The position numbers and the translations under genes are program-made. Under the pieces are notes generated by a model. The model had not been told where the DNA came from, did no database searches, and saw only the letters and a list, made by a program, of their open reading frames with translations. Below, one piece after another: positions 1 to 10,884 of a stretch of DNA of 64,000 bases. Each line of letters opens with the position of its first letter. Position 1 is the first letter of the stretch. The DNA is from an uncultured Verrucomicrobiae bacterium (GTDB taxonomy: Bacteria; Verrucomicrobiota; Verrucomicrobiia; Chthoniobacterales; UBA10450), in contig CAWFGO010000003.1 of NCBI GenBank assembly GCA_963815455.1, positions 384,001 to 448,000 on the forward strand, written 5' to 3'.

Positions 1-450
1 GATCGGAAAAAGCAAAACGCGCGCGACCGACCTCCCCCACACGTAAAGAACCATTCCAAAAAGCAGGAACGGCAGGGCCGGCAACGCAAGCCGCGCCTGC
101 AGCGTGCGAGCGCCGGCGAAAAACAGAAAGAGACCGAGCGCAATGAACAACCAGCCCCAGCGGGACGAACCCGATGGCGCGTTTTTCAATTTGTCCCAGT
201 CCCACCAAACCAGGAACGCAACGATGAATGGGATCAGCCACGCGTGCTCGTAGTTCGTCTCGGAATTCCACGATCGCGCCGCCCACACCATGGTGGAATC
301 GCTACCGTTGTTGAAGAGACGGACGAACCCGAAAAAATAGGCGAGCGTGGCGACAATCGTTAGAAGCAGAGCCACCGCAAACGGATTGCGCTTCATCCAG
401 TCCGACATCGTTTGAAACCAAGTCACCTGCGCTTTTGAATCTGCAGTCAT
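1..450 (-). CDS. Exosortase (EpsH-like) membrane protein, N-terminal part; runs off the window start
   Basis: Manual translation MTADSKAQ...AVALLLTIVATLAYFFG...SWNSETNYEHAWLIPFIVAFLVWW. The W...Y.H..LIP motif plus TM helices is typical of exosortases; follows EPS genes. Confidence 0.75.
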   Translation of the reverse strand, partial: MTADSKAQVTWFQTMSDWMKRNPFAVALLLTIVATLAYFFGFVRLFNNGSDSTMVWAARSWNSETNYEHAWLIPFIVAFLVWWDWDKLKNAPSGSSRWGWLFIALGLFLFFAGARTLQARLALPALPFLLFGMVLYVWGRSVARVLLFPI

Positions 451-462
451 TAAAGAAACGAA

Positions 463-1476
463 TCAGCGACTGGCCGTAGCCGCGGCGCCCGATTGAACCC
501 GCCCCGCGTTAGGCGCCATTTGATCGTAGATCCAGCGATAGGTTTGCTCGAGCCCGTCGCGCAAACGGGTGGACGGTTCCCAGCCAAAGATTTTACGGAT
601 CAAAGTGTTATCGCTATTGCGGCCATTCACGCCTTTCGGAGCCGAAAGATTGTAACTCCGTTTCAATTTCACGCCGGCGATCTCCTCCACGATATCGACC
701 AGCTGATTGATCGAGACCAGCTCGCTGCTCCCGAGATTAAGAGGATTGACATGGTCGCCTCCGAGAATCGTTTGTGTGCCCTTCACGCAGTCGTGGATCC
801 ACATGAAGCTGCGGGTCTGTTTCCCATCGCCCCAGATTTCGATCTCATGGTTACCCGAAAGTTTCGCCTCAATGACTTTGCGACAAATGGCGGCCGGCGC
901 TTTCTCGCGGCCACCGTCGTAGGTTCCGTTTGGACCGTAAACGTTGTGATAACGCGCGACCCGCGTCGCCACTCCGAAATCTTCGCGGTAATGCCGGCAC
1001 ATTCGTTCGCTGAACAATTTTTCCCAGCCGTAACCATCCTCCGGCATGGCCGGATAAGCGTCTTCCTCCTTGAGCGCGGTCACATTTGGATCGGTCTGTT
1101 TATCGGCGGCGTAAACGCAGGCTGAAGATGCATAAAAGTAACGTTGCACACCGGCATCTTTCGCCGCCATCAACAGATGCGTGTTGATGAGCACGCTCAA
1201 CATGCAAAGCGCTTTGTTGTTCTCGATGAAACCCATGCCGCCCATGTCGGCTGCGAGATTGTAAACAATCGCCGCGTCGCGAACGGCTTGTTCGCAGGCC
1301 GATTTTTCGCACAGATCGAGCTGCCGGTTTTCCGCATCGGCAAAGACCTGGAACCATTCGTCGATCGGTTTGATATCGATCGCTCGAACGTCCTTCCCTT
1401 GACGCAAAAGGTCGGCCACGAGATGTCCGCCGATAAACCCCCCCGCGCCGCCAACAACGATTTTCCCCGAAGCCAT
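463..1476 (-). CDS. NAD-dependent epimerase/dehydratase (GDP-mannose 3,5-epimerase-like)
   Basis: GAGGFIG Rossmann motif, LAADMGGMGFI, YASSACVY, YGWEK catalytic motif, GREKAPAAICRK. Confidence 0.9.
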   Translation of the reverse strand: MASGKIVVGGAGGFIGGHLVADLLRQGKDVRAIDIKPIDEWFQVFADAENRQLDLCEKSACEQAVRDAAIVYNLAADMGGMGFIENNKALCMLSVLINTHLLMAAKDAGVQRYFYASSACVYAADKQTDPNVTALKEEDAYPAMPEDGYGWEKLFSERMCRHYREDFGVATRVARYHNVYGPNGTYDGGREKAPAAICRKVIEAKLSGNHEIEIWGDGKQTRSFMWIHDCVKGTQTILGGDHVNPLNLGSSELVSINQLVDIVEEIAGVKLKRSYNLSAPKGVNGRNSDNTLIRKIFGWEPSTRLRDGLEQTYRWIYDQMAPNAGRVQSGAAATASR

Positions 1477-1546
1477 GCGCAATGAGCCACTATTGTGGCC
1501 GACTGACGCGATTCTGGCAACAGGTAGTTTCCTTGGATTCCCCGCT

Positions 1547-1624
1547 GTAGCCGCTTCCCTGTGGGAAGCGCAACCAATGCTAGCCACACATCGTCCCCTG
1601 CGTCGCCCACAGGGCGACGGCTAC
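1547..1624. repeat. GTAG REP doublet (left flank of RAYT)
   Basis: GTAGCCGCTTCCCTGTGGGAAGCG ... CGTCGCCCACAGGGCGACGGCTAC: two inward-facing GTAG hairpins. Confidence 0.9.
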
Positions 1625-1629
1625 ATTAT

Positions 1630-2095
1630 TCAGAAACGATCGATAACAATAATCTCGCCCGCATAAGGCCAGTCTCCGGACTTGTTTACCAACCCCGCTC
1701 GAGTTGGATTTTCCCGAACATCACTCCCATTTCCGAGCATAACTTTCCTGATTGCGCAGCAAATGATCAAAAAAACCTCGTTGCCATATTGGCTGCAGGT
1801 TCTTGGACTGAGCGATTTCCTTGGCAAGATGCTGTTTCAACAAGCCGATCCAGCGCCCCAAGTCAAAATCGTCCGGTCCGCAGACAAAAAGATGCAAATG
1901 ATCAGGCATGATCACGTACCGGCCGACGGCGATGTTGTAATCTGAGTAGGCCCGAAGACTGAATGCTTCGAACGCAGTATGAACCGCGTGTAGTGCCAGC
2001 AGTCTTCTGCGTTGGTGCGTACAGAATGTGACAAAGAAAACGGGATTATCCGAAAAGATACGCGGAAGCCGCGGTGGAAGCTTCGGGTAATCCAT
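1630..2095 (-). mobile_element. REP-associated tyrosine transposase (RAYT, Y1/HUH), frameshift near 1722
   Basis: FFVTFCT, YVIMPDHLHLF (HUH), IWQRGFFDHLLR, then VRENPTRAGLV..DWPY in another frame; flanked by REP doublets. Confidence 0.9.
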
Positions 2096-2110
2096 AATCG
2101 AATGTCCGCT

Positions 2111-2189
2111 GTAGCCGCTTCCCTGTGGGAAGCGCAACGAAATTCACTACACACCGTGCGTCCCGCGTCGCCCACAGGGCGACGGCTAC
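2111..2189. repeat. GTAG REP doublet (right flank of RAYT)
   Basis: Hairpins identical to those at 1547-1624, same orientation. Confidence 0.9.
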
Positions 2190-2954
2190 AGGTCGTATTT
2201 TCGCATCCCGAGCAGTTGGGCCGCAGCTCGGACTACGAACAATGGATTATTCACCAGATAGCGCTTCGCCAGGCGTTGCGGTTCCTGGGTCAGTCGAAAC
2301 AGCCATTCCAATCCCGATCGTTGCATCCACGCGGCGCCTGGCGGATGCGTCCCGTCAACAAATCGAAGGCCGCTCCCACTCCGATGAAAATTTTCACTTC
2401 CGGCAGGATCGACATGTATTGGGCCATAAACCGCTCCTGCTTCGGCGTGCTCAGGCCGACCCAGAAAAAATCCGGACGCGTCTCGCGCACGCGCCGTTGC
2501 AGTTCGCTCACTTCAATCACATTCAGTTGACGAAATGGCGGACTGAAAGTGCCGGCGATGTTTAATCCGCGAAAGCGCTGTTGGAGATTATCGGCAAGGG
2601 CGTCGGCCATGCCAGGCACGCCACCATAAAGAAAATGCGAGAATTTTTCCGACCCGCGAATGCTCGCACAAGATTCAGCATGAGATCCGGCCCATACACC
2701 CGCTGGATGGACGGCTTGCCCTGAAAGCGCCCCATCCAGACCATCGGCATTCCATCAGGCGTGCAAAGCAACGCCCGATTCAAAATATCGCGAAGAACCG
2801 GATCGTTTTGCGCTTCGCTGACACCGTGAACGCCGGTCACGGCCACGTAACCGCGTCGCCCCTGACGCACAGCATCAAAAAGAAATTCGCGGGCCCGATC
2901 CTGATCGATCACGCTGATGCCGACCCCAAGCACGTTTACTTTTTCGATTTCCAT
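2186..2954 (-). CDS. WecB/TagA/CpsF family glycosyltransferase (frameshifted near 2640 and 2330)
   Basis: LCTPDGMPMVW, RVYGPDLM, WVGLSTPKQERF, GVGAAFD, RQAPRWMQRSGLEW motifs spread over three frames. Confidence 0.85.
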
Positions 2955-2964
2955 TTGGGAGCTG

Positions 2965-3032
2965 AGTCGAGGAATCCCGCTCCGATGGCCCTGGCTCAGT
3001 CCACGGGATCCTTCGACCGCGCTCAGGATGAC
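2965..3032. repeat. GTCAT/ATGAC palindromic element, left end truncated
   Basis: AGTCGAGGAATCCCG...CGGGATCCTTCGACCGCGCTCAGGATGAC; same family as 59596-60045. Confidence 0.8.
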
Positions 3033-3109
3033 AGTGGTAAAGAACGAAGTCGAGAAATCCGAGAAATCCGCCATCACACTTTCCGCTCTCCCACCACCAA
3101 CCGGCACAA

Positions 3110-3317
3110 GGACAGTTTAATGGCGCATATGCAACATAAAACTGTCCACCGGGGGCCGGCCCTGGCCCGCCCGGAAGGAGCCGAAAGAGGCTCTTTACTG
3201 CGGGCCATGTCGCCCGCATAGGACGAAGACTTCGCGCAATGTGTTGCCTAAAACCTGTTCCCGCACCCAGGGCCTACAAGGACAGTTTCATGACGCATAT
3301 GCGACGCGAAAGTGTCC
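3110..3317. repeat. Two direct copies of a 38-bp palindrome (3110-3147, 3280-3317)
   Basis: GGACAGTTTAATGGCGCATATGCAACATAAAACTGTCC and GGACAGTTTCATGACGCATATGCGACGCGAAAGTGTCC. Confidence 0.8.
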
Positions 3318-3341
3318 AACGTCCCCAGGAAGTAATGGGAA

Positions 3342-5163
3342 TCATGATACCTTCCGGCCGAATTTTTTCTCCAGCTCGGCGTTTGAGATCTGGATCATGG
3401 TGGGTCGGCCATGGGGACAGCAATAGGGCAGGTCGCAGGCCAGCAGATCGCGGATCAGTTTTTCCACTTCCGGATAACGCAACGGATCGTTCGCTTTCAC
3501 CGCGTGGCGGCAGACCGTGCTGGCGATCATGTCCTCGCCCAGACGCAACGCCGAGCTGCGATCGCTGGCGCTCTTGAGATCGTCGATCACGCGCTGCATG
3601 AAGCTGACCGGGTCGGATGTCTTAAGGAATGCCGGCAGACTGTCGATCTTAAATGTGTTAGGCCCGAAGCTTTCGATGCCGATCCCCATTTTTTGCAGGA
3701 TCGACATGTTTCGCTCGATCCATTCGGCGTCGCGCGGCGGCAGATCGAATGTCTGCGGGATGAGCAATTTCTGCGATGGCACCCCCTGCTCTTCCATTCG
3801 GCGGCGCAATTCCTCGAACAAAATGCGCTCGTGCGCGGCATGTTGATCGACCAGGACCAGTCCGTCCGCGTTCTCCATTAACACGTAAAGCTTGTTCAGG
3901 ACGCCGATGATTTGGAATTGCTGCGGGCTCGCGTCGCGGACGTTCGACTGCCGGCGATTCTTGAGGGCATCGCGCCGGGCGAAACGAACACGCGACCGGG
4001 GTCGGCGCCCCCGGCTACAGATTCGAGTTGGGGCAATTCGCGATGCGATGGTTCCGTCGAGATTATCTCGGGACGCAATGTTAGATCGACAACCGCAGTT
4101 TCCCGGGACGACACGGGGTCGTCCCTCCAGGAAGCGCAACCGGCGCACTGAATTTTTCCTGCCAATCGGTTCGTCCGCCCTCCAGGGTGCGCTGAATTGC
4201 GGCGACGACTGCTTCGCGGACGCCGTTGGGATCGCGAAACCGGACTTCGCGCTTGGCCGGATGAACGTTCACATCGACGAACGCCGGATCGAGACGCACA
4301 AAAAGAAACGTGACCGGGAATTGTCCTTTCATGAGCGCAGTGTGATAACCCTCGCGCAACGCCGAAGTGACAACCGGGCTCTCGATCGCGCGGCCATTGA
4401 CGAATACCAGCTGCTGGGCCCGGGTTTGCCGGCTCAATCCCGCCTGCCCAATCAACCCGCCGATGTCGATGTTGCCCGAGCCGGCGGCATTCAACGGAAG
4501 CAAGCGTTCGAGCAACTCGCTCCCGTACAAATCGCGGATGCGATCGTTGAGATCGGCCGCGGGCGGGAGCTGAAACACGACGCGATCTTCGCGCACAAAC
4601 GTGAATGCGATCTCCGGATGACCGATCGCCTGGAGATGCAGTTGATGCTCGATGTTCCGGCTCTCGGTATTTTCCGAGCGCAGAAATTTCCGGCGGGCGG
4701 GCATGTTGTAAAAAAGCGAGCGCACTTCCACTTGCGTGCCCGGCGCTTCCCCGCCGTCGCGGACGACGTCGATCTTGCCCGCGTTGACCACGATATCGGT
4801 CCCGGCGAGCGCGTCTCGTTCCCGAGTGGTCAGGCGAAATCGCGAAACGCTGGCGATGCTCGGCAACGCTTCGCCCCGAAATCCGAGCGTGGCGACGGCC
4901 TGGAGATCTTCCGCCGACCGAATTTTACTGGTGGCGTGACGTTCGAGACAAAGCAGCGCGTCGTCCCGGTCCATTCCCGAGCCGTCGTCGATCACCCGAA
5001 TGAGCGCGATGCCGCCGCGCCGGATGAGGATGTCGATCTTGCGCGCGCCGGCGTCGATGCTGTTCTCGACCAGTTCCTTCACCACCGATGCCGGCCGCTC
5101 GACCACTTCGCCGGCCGCGACCTGGCTGGCCACAGTTTCGGAAAGCAATCGAATTCGGCTCAT
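3342..5163 (-). CDS. mutL: DNA mismatch repair endonuclease MutL (frameshifts in the linker region, ~3950-4140)
   Basis: AAGEVVERPASVVKELVENSIDAG, GFRGEAL, DVNVHPAKREVRF; C-terminal DQHAAHERILFE and CPHGRP. Confidence 0.95.
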
Positions 5164-5368
5164 GCGATGTTTGATGTTCGATGTTTGATGTTCGATTTCC
5201 AGAGCAAACATCGCTCGCCGCGGAGGAGGCGGAAAACGCTCGACGCCCAATGCCCAACGCCCAACGCCCAATGGGAAGAGGGAAATATCGAGGCCTGGCT
5301 TCTTCGACGACTTCGCGCTGTGGCTACATGATTGACTTGAAACGCTCCGAACGTAACTTGCGGACGCT

Positions 5369-5737
5369 ATGTTGAATGTCACCGAAAACGCGGCGCGGCA
5401 GCTTCGTTCGCTGCTGCAAAAGGAGGCGGCTGATAGCGGCCACAAGGGTCTTCGCGTCCAAATCTCAAAGGGCGGCTGCTCGGGGCTGCATTACGAGATG
5501 GCGCTCGATGAAAAGAAATCGGGCGACGCGGTGGTCGAGCGCGATGGCGTGCAGTTTCTGGTCGATGACGAAAGTGCCGCTTATCTGCGCGACGCCACGC
5601 TCGATTTTCGCGATGGCCTGACCGGCGTCGGTTTTCACATTGTGAACCCAAACGCGTCGCGGACTTGTGGGTGCGGTTCGTCGTTCGAAGCGGCCAAGCT
5701 CGCCCCGGCGAGCCCGTCCGGCGGCGGATCCGCATGA
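5369..5737 (+). CDS. HesB/IscA family Fe-S cluster assembly accessory protein
   Basis: GGCSGLHY and NPNASRTCGCGSSF motifs. Confidence 0.92.
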   Translation: MLNVTENAARQLRSLLQKEAADSGHKGLRVQISKGGCSGLHYEMALDEKKSGDAVVERDGVQFLVDDESAAYLRDATLDFRDGLTGVGFHIVNPNASRTCGCGSSFEAAKLAPASPSGGGSA

Positions 5738-5765
5738 AAATGCTCAAACTCTTCGTTTCCCCCTA

Positions 5766-7443
5766 ATGGATTACGGCAGCTATCGGTACGAGGATCCTTA
5801 CTCGGGTCCGCCGCGGCGTTCGCGCGTCAATTATTTCGCCTGGACGGTGGCGATCCTTCTTCTGACCGGCTTCGCCCTGGCCGCGTGGCTCGGCAGTTTT
5901 TACATTTTCGATCAACCGGAACGCCCGGACAGTTACCGCATATTGCAGCGGCTTCACAAGGTCGAACAGCCGAAGCGTTTCGAATTGACCGCCGCGCCGA
6001 AGGGCGAGTTCCTGAGCGCGAAACAATTTTACGATCGATATGCGTCGATGGGCGCGGCCGAGATGGCCAAGTCCAACGCCGAGCTCACCCGCAATTACAT
6101 TCGCAACTACGGCCACGTGCGCGGCCTGGTGCCGTACGTCGTCGGCCGGTTCACCATCATGGAAGCGCGCGAGCTTGGGCCGAACGACATTTTCACATCG
6201 GGCATGGTCGCCCTGACCGCTTCGACCGATCATCGGTGGAGTCCTGATGGAGCATCTCTATCCGGCCGACGCCAACGTCGTGCCGTTGATGAAACAAACG
6301 CTCAATCCCGGTTTGGAGATAAAGTTCGATCGCACCCATGATCTTTCGGCAGTGATCCATGTCGAGCGGCTCGATGACGGCCGGCTCATGCTTACCGCCA
6401 TCCCGCTGCTTTACGGCACTTATACCATGACCCGCGGCCCGGGAACGTTCAGCCTCGATCCGCCGTTGATGCTCAATCTCGAAGCCGGGTGGCCGTTGTT
6501 TAAGCAGCAATCCCGTCTCCGGGCCGAGATGCATTACAGGAATTACCGTCAGGAAATGGGCGTCGCGCAGGGACAGGTCTCCGGCCAGGTGCCGATTCCC
6601 GGGTTTTCGCCCGCCGGGACGCCGCCACCCGCCGCGAACGCGTTAGTCCGAGTCGAGCCGGCCAAGCCAGTCGAAACGCCCGCCATTGTTCACGTGCCGC
6701 CCAAGGAGGAGAAAGTGGCCAAGGCGACGCCGACACCAAAGGGGAAATTGGCCAAGAAAAAAACCGCCTCGCCCGCGCCGACCGCAACCGCGGAACCGAT
6801 CGTCGCGGAGAAAGCCCTTCCGGTAACGGCGAAGCCTGTGACGGTGGCAATGACCAAAGCGACTCCGTCACCGCCGCCGGCTCCATCCGAAGCTCCGGTT
6901 CAGAAAGCAGCACCCGTGGCCGCAACGCCGCCTGTTGTTGAACCGAAGATCGCCGATGCCGCCTCACCGGCTGCTTCTAATGTTGCCAGCCCGACGCCTC
7001 CGCCCGCCGCTACCGAGGTGCCGGTCTTGCCCGCGCAACCCGCGCCGGCAGCCGGAACCCTCGCCTCGACCGCAGGCGGCGGCACTTGGAAAACTTTTTC
7101 CCCGGGAAGAATGCCGCTGGGCCGGTTGATCAACACCGGCGATCTTCACGATATCGCCGATCATGGCCTGGCCGGCGAACGCGTTTATTTGCGCGGTCAG
7201 TTCGTGGTGAATTTCTCCGATGCCAACCGCGCCGTGCTGCGTCCGCGAAAAGGTTTGGCCGATACTGTCCTGCATTTTGGATCGACAACGCGCATCATTG
7301 TCGAGTTCCCGGCCGGTTACAGGCCGCCGCGGCAGGGCGCAATTGTCAGCCGCGACGAAGCGCGTCCCTACGAAATCACCGAGGTTCGCAAACAGGACGA
7401 CGGCCAGCTCAACGTCTTCGTCCGCGAAATCATGGAGCCGTGA
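5766..7443 (+). CDS. Hypothetical membrane-anchored protein with Pro/Ala-rich linker (frameshift ~6240)
   Basis: Single N-terminal TM helix; ORFs 5667-6341 and 6247-7443 join into one protein. Confidence 0.7.
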
Positions 7444-7621
7444 AAACGCGACAAGACGGATGTTTTTTTAACAGAAGATAACGAAAGTAACAAAGGGATC
7501 GTACATTCTTGGATCGCCGCCAAATAGAACTTCAGACACGGCGACCCATCCGACTGCCGCTCAGGGCAGGCTCCGCTGCCGTGGCTACATCTCGTCACTC
7601 GTCACACGTCACTCGTCACTG

Positions 7622-8293
7622 TTAGTCCGTCCCGGATTTCAGAATCAATTTCCCGTCCCGGATCTCGAACGAGCCTTTACGATACACGTCGGTATAATCG
7701 GAGAGATATTCCCGAAACCGGCGGGACCGGAATCTCCATTCCAGCAAATCGTGCGGCAACGGCTGCTTGTTCACTTCCACCCGGTTCAATTGCATGTGCT
7801 CGAACGATTGCGGCCCGTCCGATTCCACCACGACGTCGGCGTTGAAATAATGACCGGCCCGGCCCAGGAGTCTGGCCAGCGGAATGCTCACCTGCAGCCG
7901 CAGACGATTGCCCTCGATCGAGGCAAACATTTTTCCGGCCAGGTCCGGGTTGGCTGCGATGCGAGTATTAATATCTCGACCGCTCAGCTCGATCGTGGCC
8001 GGTTGACCTTCGTGCGCCGCTTCCTCAAATTTTTGCCAGCGCATCTGCACCTCTTCCATCTCGGCATCCGACGGCTTGAATTCCGGGAACGTCGCCCGGT
8101 TTTCGGACAGCGCGTGGATTTTGGTCGCCCAAAAGACGACCCGGGCCAGGGCCGAATGGGTGTGCATTCCCCAATAAATTCCCGCAAAACCGGCAATGAT
8201 CAGCAGCGCCAAAAACACCGCCAGAATCAGGCAACCCTTGCCGAAACAACCGATCCCCTGCCTCGGGGGCGGCTCAATCCAGCTGCTGTTCAT
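7622..8293 (-). CDS. Hypothetical protein with N-terminal GCFGKGC TM anchor
   Basis: 223-aa ORF with an N-terminal TM helix. Confidence 0.7.
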   Translation of the reverse strand: MNSSWIEPPPRQGIGCFGKGCLILAVFLALLIIAGFAGIYWGMHTHSALARVVFWATKIHALSENRATFPEFKPSDAEMEEVQMRWQKFEEAAHEGQPATIELSGRDINTRIAANPDLAGKMFASIEGNRLRLQVSIPLARLLGRAGHYFNADVVVESDGPQSFEHMQLNRVEVNKQPLPHDLLEWRFRSRRFREYLSDYTDVYRKGSFEIRDGKLILKSGTD

Positions 8294-8407
8294 TTTCGAT
8301 TTTCAATTTTCGATTTTCGATTTGGCTCCGCGTCATTCGCTGTAGCCGCCTCGTCCGCCACCCGGACGGACTCGCCGTGGCGAGCTCTGTCGAGGCGCCC
8401 CTCCTGA

Positions 8408-8929
8408 TCACTGGTCACTGGCCACTATCTTGTTCTGCTCCTCGATCAATTTTTCATACAAGCCGCGCAATCCCTCCGACAGCGTTCTTGTCCCGCTGAT
8501 CATCGGCATAAAATTCGTATCGCCATTCCAGCGCGGCACGATGTGAATGTGCAAATGGTCCGGCACACCCGCTCCCGCGCACTCGCCCAGATTCAACCCG
8601 ACATTGAACCCTTGCGCTTTCACCGTCGCCCGCAACAATTTTTGCGCGTGCGTCACCAGATTCCAGAGCTCGACAATTTCATTTTCGCCCAAGGCATCGA
8701 GATCGGCCGTTTTGCGATAGGGCACCGCCATCAGATGTCCCACCGCGTAGGGATAACGATTCATCATCAGGAAGGCCGTCTTCCGACGCGCGATGACGAG
8801 ATGGGCTGCGTCATCGCTGGCCCGGGCCGCTTCCGATAAAAACTCCGAGTTCGGTTTTTTCTGGAAATATTCCACCCGCCACGGCGCCCAGATCGTTTCC
8901 AGCTCTCGTTTCGGAAATTCCATCGACAT
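8408..8929 (-). CDS. HIT family hydrolase (Ap4A phosphorylase-like)
   Basis: IWAPWR, NRYPYAVGHLM, HLHIHIVPRW motifs. Confidence 0.9.
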   Translation of the reverse strand: MSMEFPKRELETIWAPWRVEYFQKKPNSEFLSEAARASDDAAHLVIARRKTAFLMMNRYPYAVGHLMAVPYRKTADLDALGENEIVELWNLVTHAQKLLRATVKAQGFNVGLNLGECAGAGVPDHLHIHIVPRWNGDTNFMPMISGTRTLSEGLRGLYEKLIEEQNKIVASDQ

Positions 8930-9077
8930 GATTTAACAGAAGATAACAAAGTAAACGAAGGTATTTTCTCTATTCGGCCTCTGAAATCTCTGACTTCGGG
9001 TCTCCGAAATCTGGCCGGATCTTCGGTTTCCTTCTGTAAAACTCCCCGTGATCTCCGTGGTGAAAATCGACCGGCGA

Positions 9078-10316
9078 TCACATCGCCACAGTCACCCGGA
9101 CACGCAAAAATAATTTCGTGGCCGCGCCGATCGCGACCGTCGCTTTCACGGTTTGCAGGTCGCCGTGTTGTTCCAGAATTTCATTCTGCGGCATCGCGGT
9201 GGTCCAGGTCGTCAGGTTACTGGACGATTCGACTGCGTAGGTGTAACCGGCCACGATTATCTTCTGATACGTCACGCTCAGGTTGGTGCCGCTTCGGCTC
9301 ACTCCATACAAGGCGGGCGGAGGCGTCGGCCCGCCGACTTGCAGGATCGACAACACCGGCAGATGGTCCGACGCCGTGGCCGAATCGGCGGCAACGAAAT
9401 TGGTTCCGTTAGCCGCGTTCAACGCGGCCAGTTGCACGGCGGTGTATTGCTTGGTATCGAACACCTGGCCGCCGAGAAAGCTGGCCCTGATAAACATCGC
9501 GTAATCGAATCGCGCGTCCGGCGTCGTGGAATCGATAGTGTCGTAGTTCATGGCGATGCTGCCGGGCGACGGATCGATCAAACCGGCCGAATGCATCGTC
9601 GTGATCGGCGCGTAAGGCTGGCCCGAAACGGGCAGGATATCGCCAATTTGATGTCCGCTCCAATTGCACGATTCGCCCGGATCTTCGGTTTCGTTCCAAT
9701 CGCCCGTGACGCCGATCGCATCCGTTGGGTGCGACGCGATCCAACTGGCAATGGTGGCGCTGTCCGCATTCGCTCCGGCCTGGCGTTGTCTGGCATCGTT
9801 GGTCGTGCTCAACGCTTTCAAATGAGCCGTGAACAGGTCGAGCCTGGTTACACCGGGCACATTCACCGAAGCGTTGGTTAGTCCGCGCAGTGAACCGAAC
9901 CCGCCCCCGGCATCGGAGTAAGTATGAGTTGAGGCGAACGAATACCGCGACACGATCGCCTGGGTCGTGAACCCGTCGTTGATCGTGCTGATGTAAATGA
10001 AGAAATCCAGGTTCTCCTGCGGGCTCGGGCCGAAGATGGTGAGCCGGGTTTGAATGAAACTGACGAGATAGTTGTGCGCGTTCGTCGTGTTGAAACTGAC
10101 GCTGTTTCCGCCCAGCTCGTTGATCGTCCAGATATCGGGGTTGAGATAATTAACGATCTTGGCCAGGGCGGGCTGGGCCGAGAGGTTGGAATCGCTCCCT
10201 CCGATGTCGCGATTAATATTGTGATCGAGCAGCCGGACAGTGGTCTGCGCATCGAGTGAACTGAGCGGGCCGATGATAAAGGCCAGCGCCCCGCAAACGA
10301 GCCGGATTCGTTTCAT
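9078..10316 (-). CDS. Secreted endonuclease/exonuclease/phosphatase family protein with C-terminal beta-rich tail
   Basis: Signal peptide, DHNI, TINE, TAHLKA, GDWNE, RFDY, ASDHLPV motifs. Confidence 0.8.
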   Translation of the reverse strand: MKRIRLVCGALAFIIGPLSSLDAQTTVRLLDHNINRDIGGSDSNLSAQPALAKIVNYLNPDIWTINELGGNSVSFNTTNAHNYLVSFIQTRLTIFGPSPQENLDFFIYISTINDGFTTQAIVSRYSFASTHTYSDAGGGFGSLRGLTNASVNVPGVTRLDLFTAHLKALSTTNDARQRQAGANADSATIASWIASHPTDAIGVTGDWNETEDPGESCNWSGHQIGDILPVSGQPYAPITTMHSAGLIDPSPGSIAMNYDTIDSTTPDARFDYAMFIRASFLGGQVFDTKQYTAVQLAALNAANGTNFVAADSATASDHLPVLSILQVGGPTPPPALYGVSRSGTNLSVTYQKIIVAGYTYAVESSSNLTTWTTAMPQNEILEQHGDLQTVKATVAIGAATKLFLRVRVTVAM

Positions 10317-10398
10317 GAACCGCCGCGATTATCTCAGGCTGCCGCCCGTCGCGCGAGTAAAAACCGAACCGATCACCACGAAATCGGAGAGTTTTTTT

Positions 10399-10545
10399 AC
10401 AGAAGGCAACGAAGGAAACAAAGAATCCACAAGCGTCGGATCGGGACCCACAAACCTGCGTTCCCGCAGTCTGCTCTTCCTGTTTTCCTGCTTTCCTGAT
10501 TATTTCCGTCTCCCTCCTTCTTCGTTCCCTTCGTTTCCTTCTGTG
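10399..10545. repeat. Composite ACAGAAGG..CCTTCTGT repeat, copy 1
   Basis: 10399-10474 is identical to 11786-11861; ends are inverted nonamer-like arrays. Confidence 0.85.
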
Positions 10546-10638
10546 AAATAAATCCGAGTCATCCGCGTAATCCGCGGTTGGATTTGAGCGTTGGGCGTTT
10601 TCCCCAACTTCCCGCCACTGTCTCTTCGTTTCTTTCGG

Positions 10639-10884
10639 TTACGCGCCCGTTTCTGCCCCATTGCCCGCTTGATGGAGCCCGGTCATCGTCAGCAATGGCA
10701 GAACATCGAACGCCTCATCCGGATCATTTTTGTCAAACACGACAACATAAGCCGCCCGGGGCGGAAGCGCGATGTAATCCCGATGCGGCACCTCATATTG
10801 GTTCCCATCGGCCATCTTCAACACGAAGGGGAGATTGCGCTCGATGGCTTTCTCGATCTGGGAGCGTGTCACAGCAACGAACAT
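10639..10884 (-). CDS. Small hypothetical protein
   Basis: 81-aa ORF (PFVLKMADGNQYEVPHRD) between repeats. Confidence 0.6.
   Translation of the reverse strand: MFVAVTRSQIEKAIERNLPFVLKMADGNQYEVPHRDYIALPPRAAYVVVFDKNDPDEAFDVLPLLTMTGLHQAGNGAETGA

Noticed and set aside
3110..3147. dif site
   Set aside because: Only a partial TTATGTT resemblance; it lacks the 11-6-11 XerC/XerD layout and occurs twice.
3900..4150. Programmed frameshift or phase variation of mutL
   Set aside because: No slippery or simple-sequence tract, and indels are common across the window.
3892..5331. 479-aa + strand ORF
   Set aside because: Antisense shadow of mutL; no recognisable motifs.
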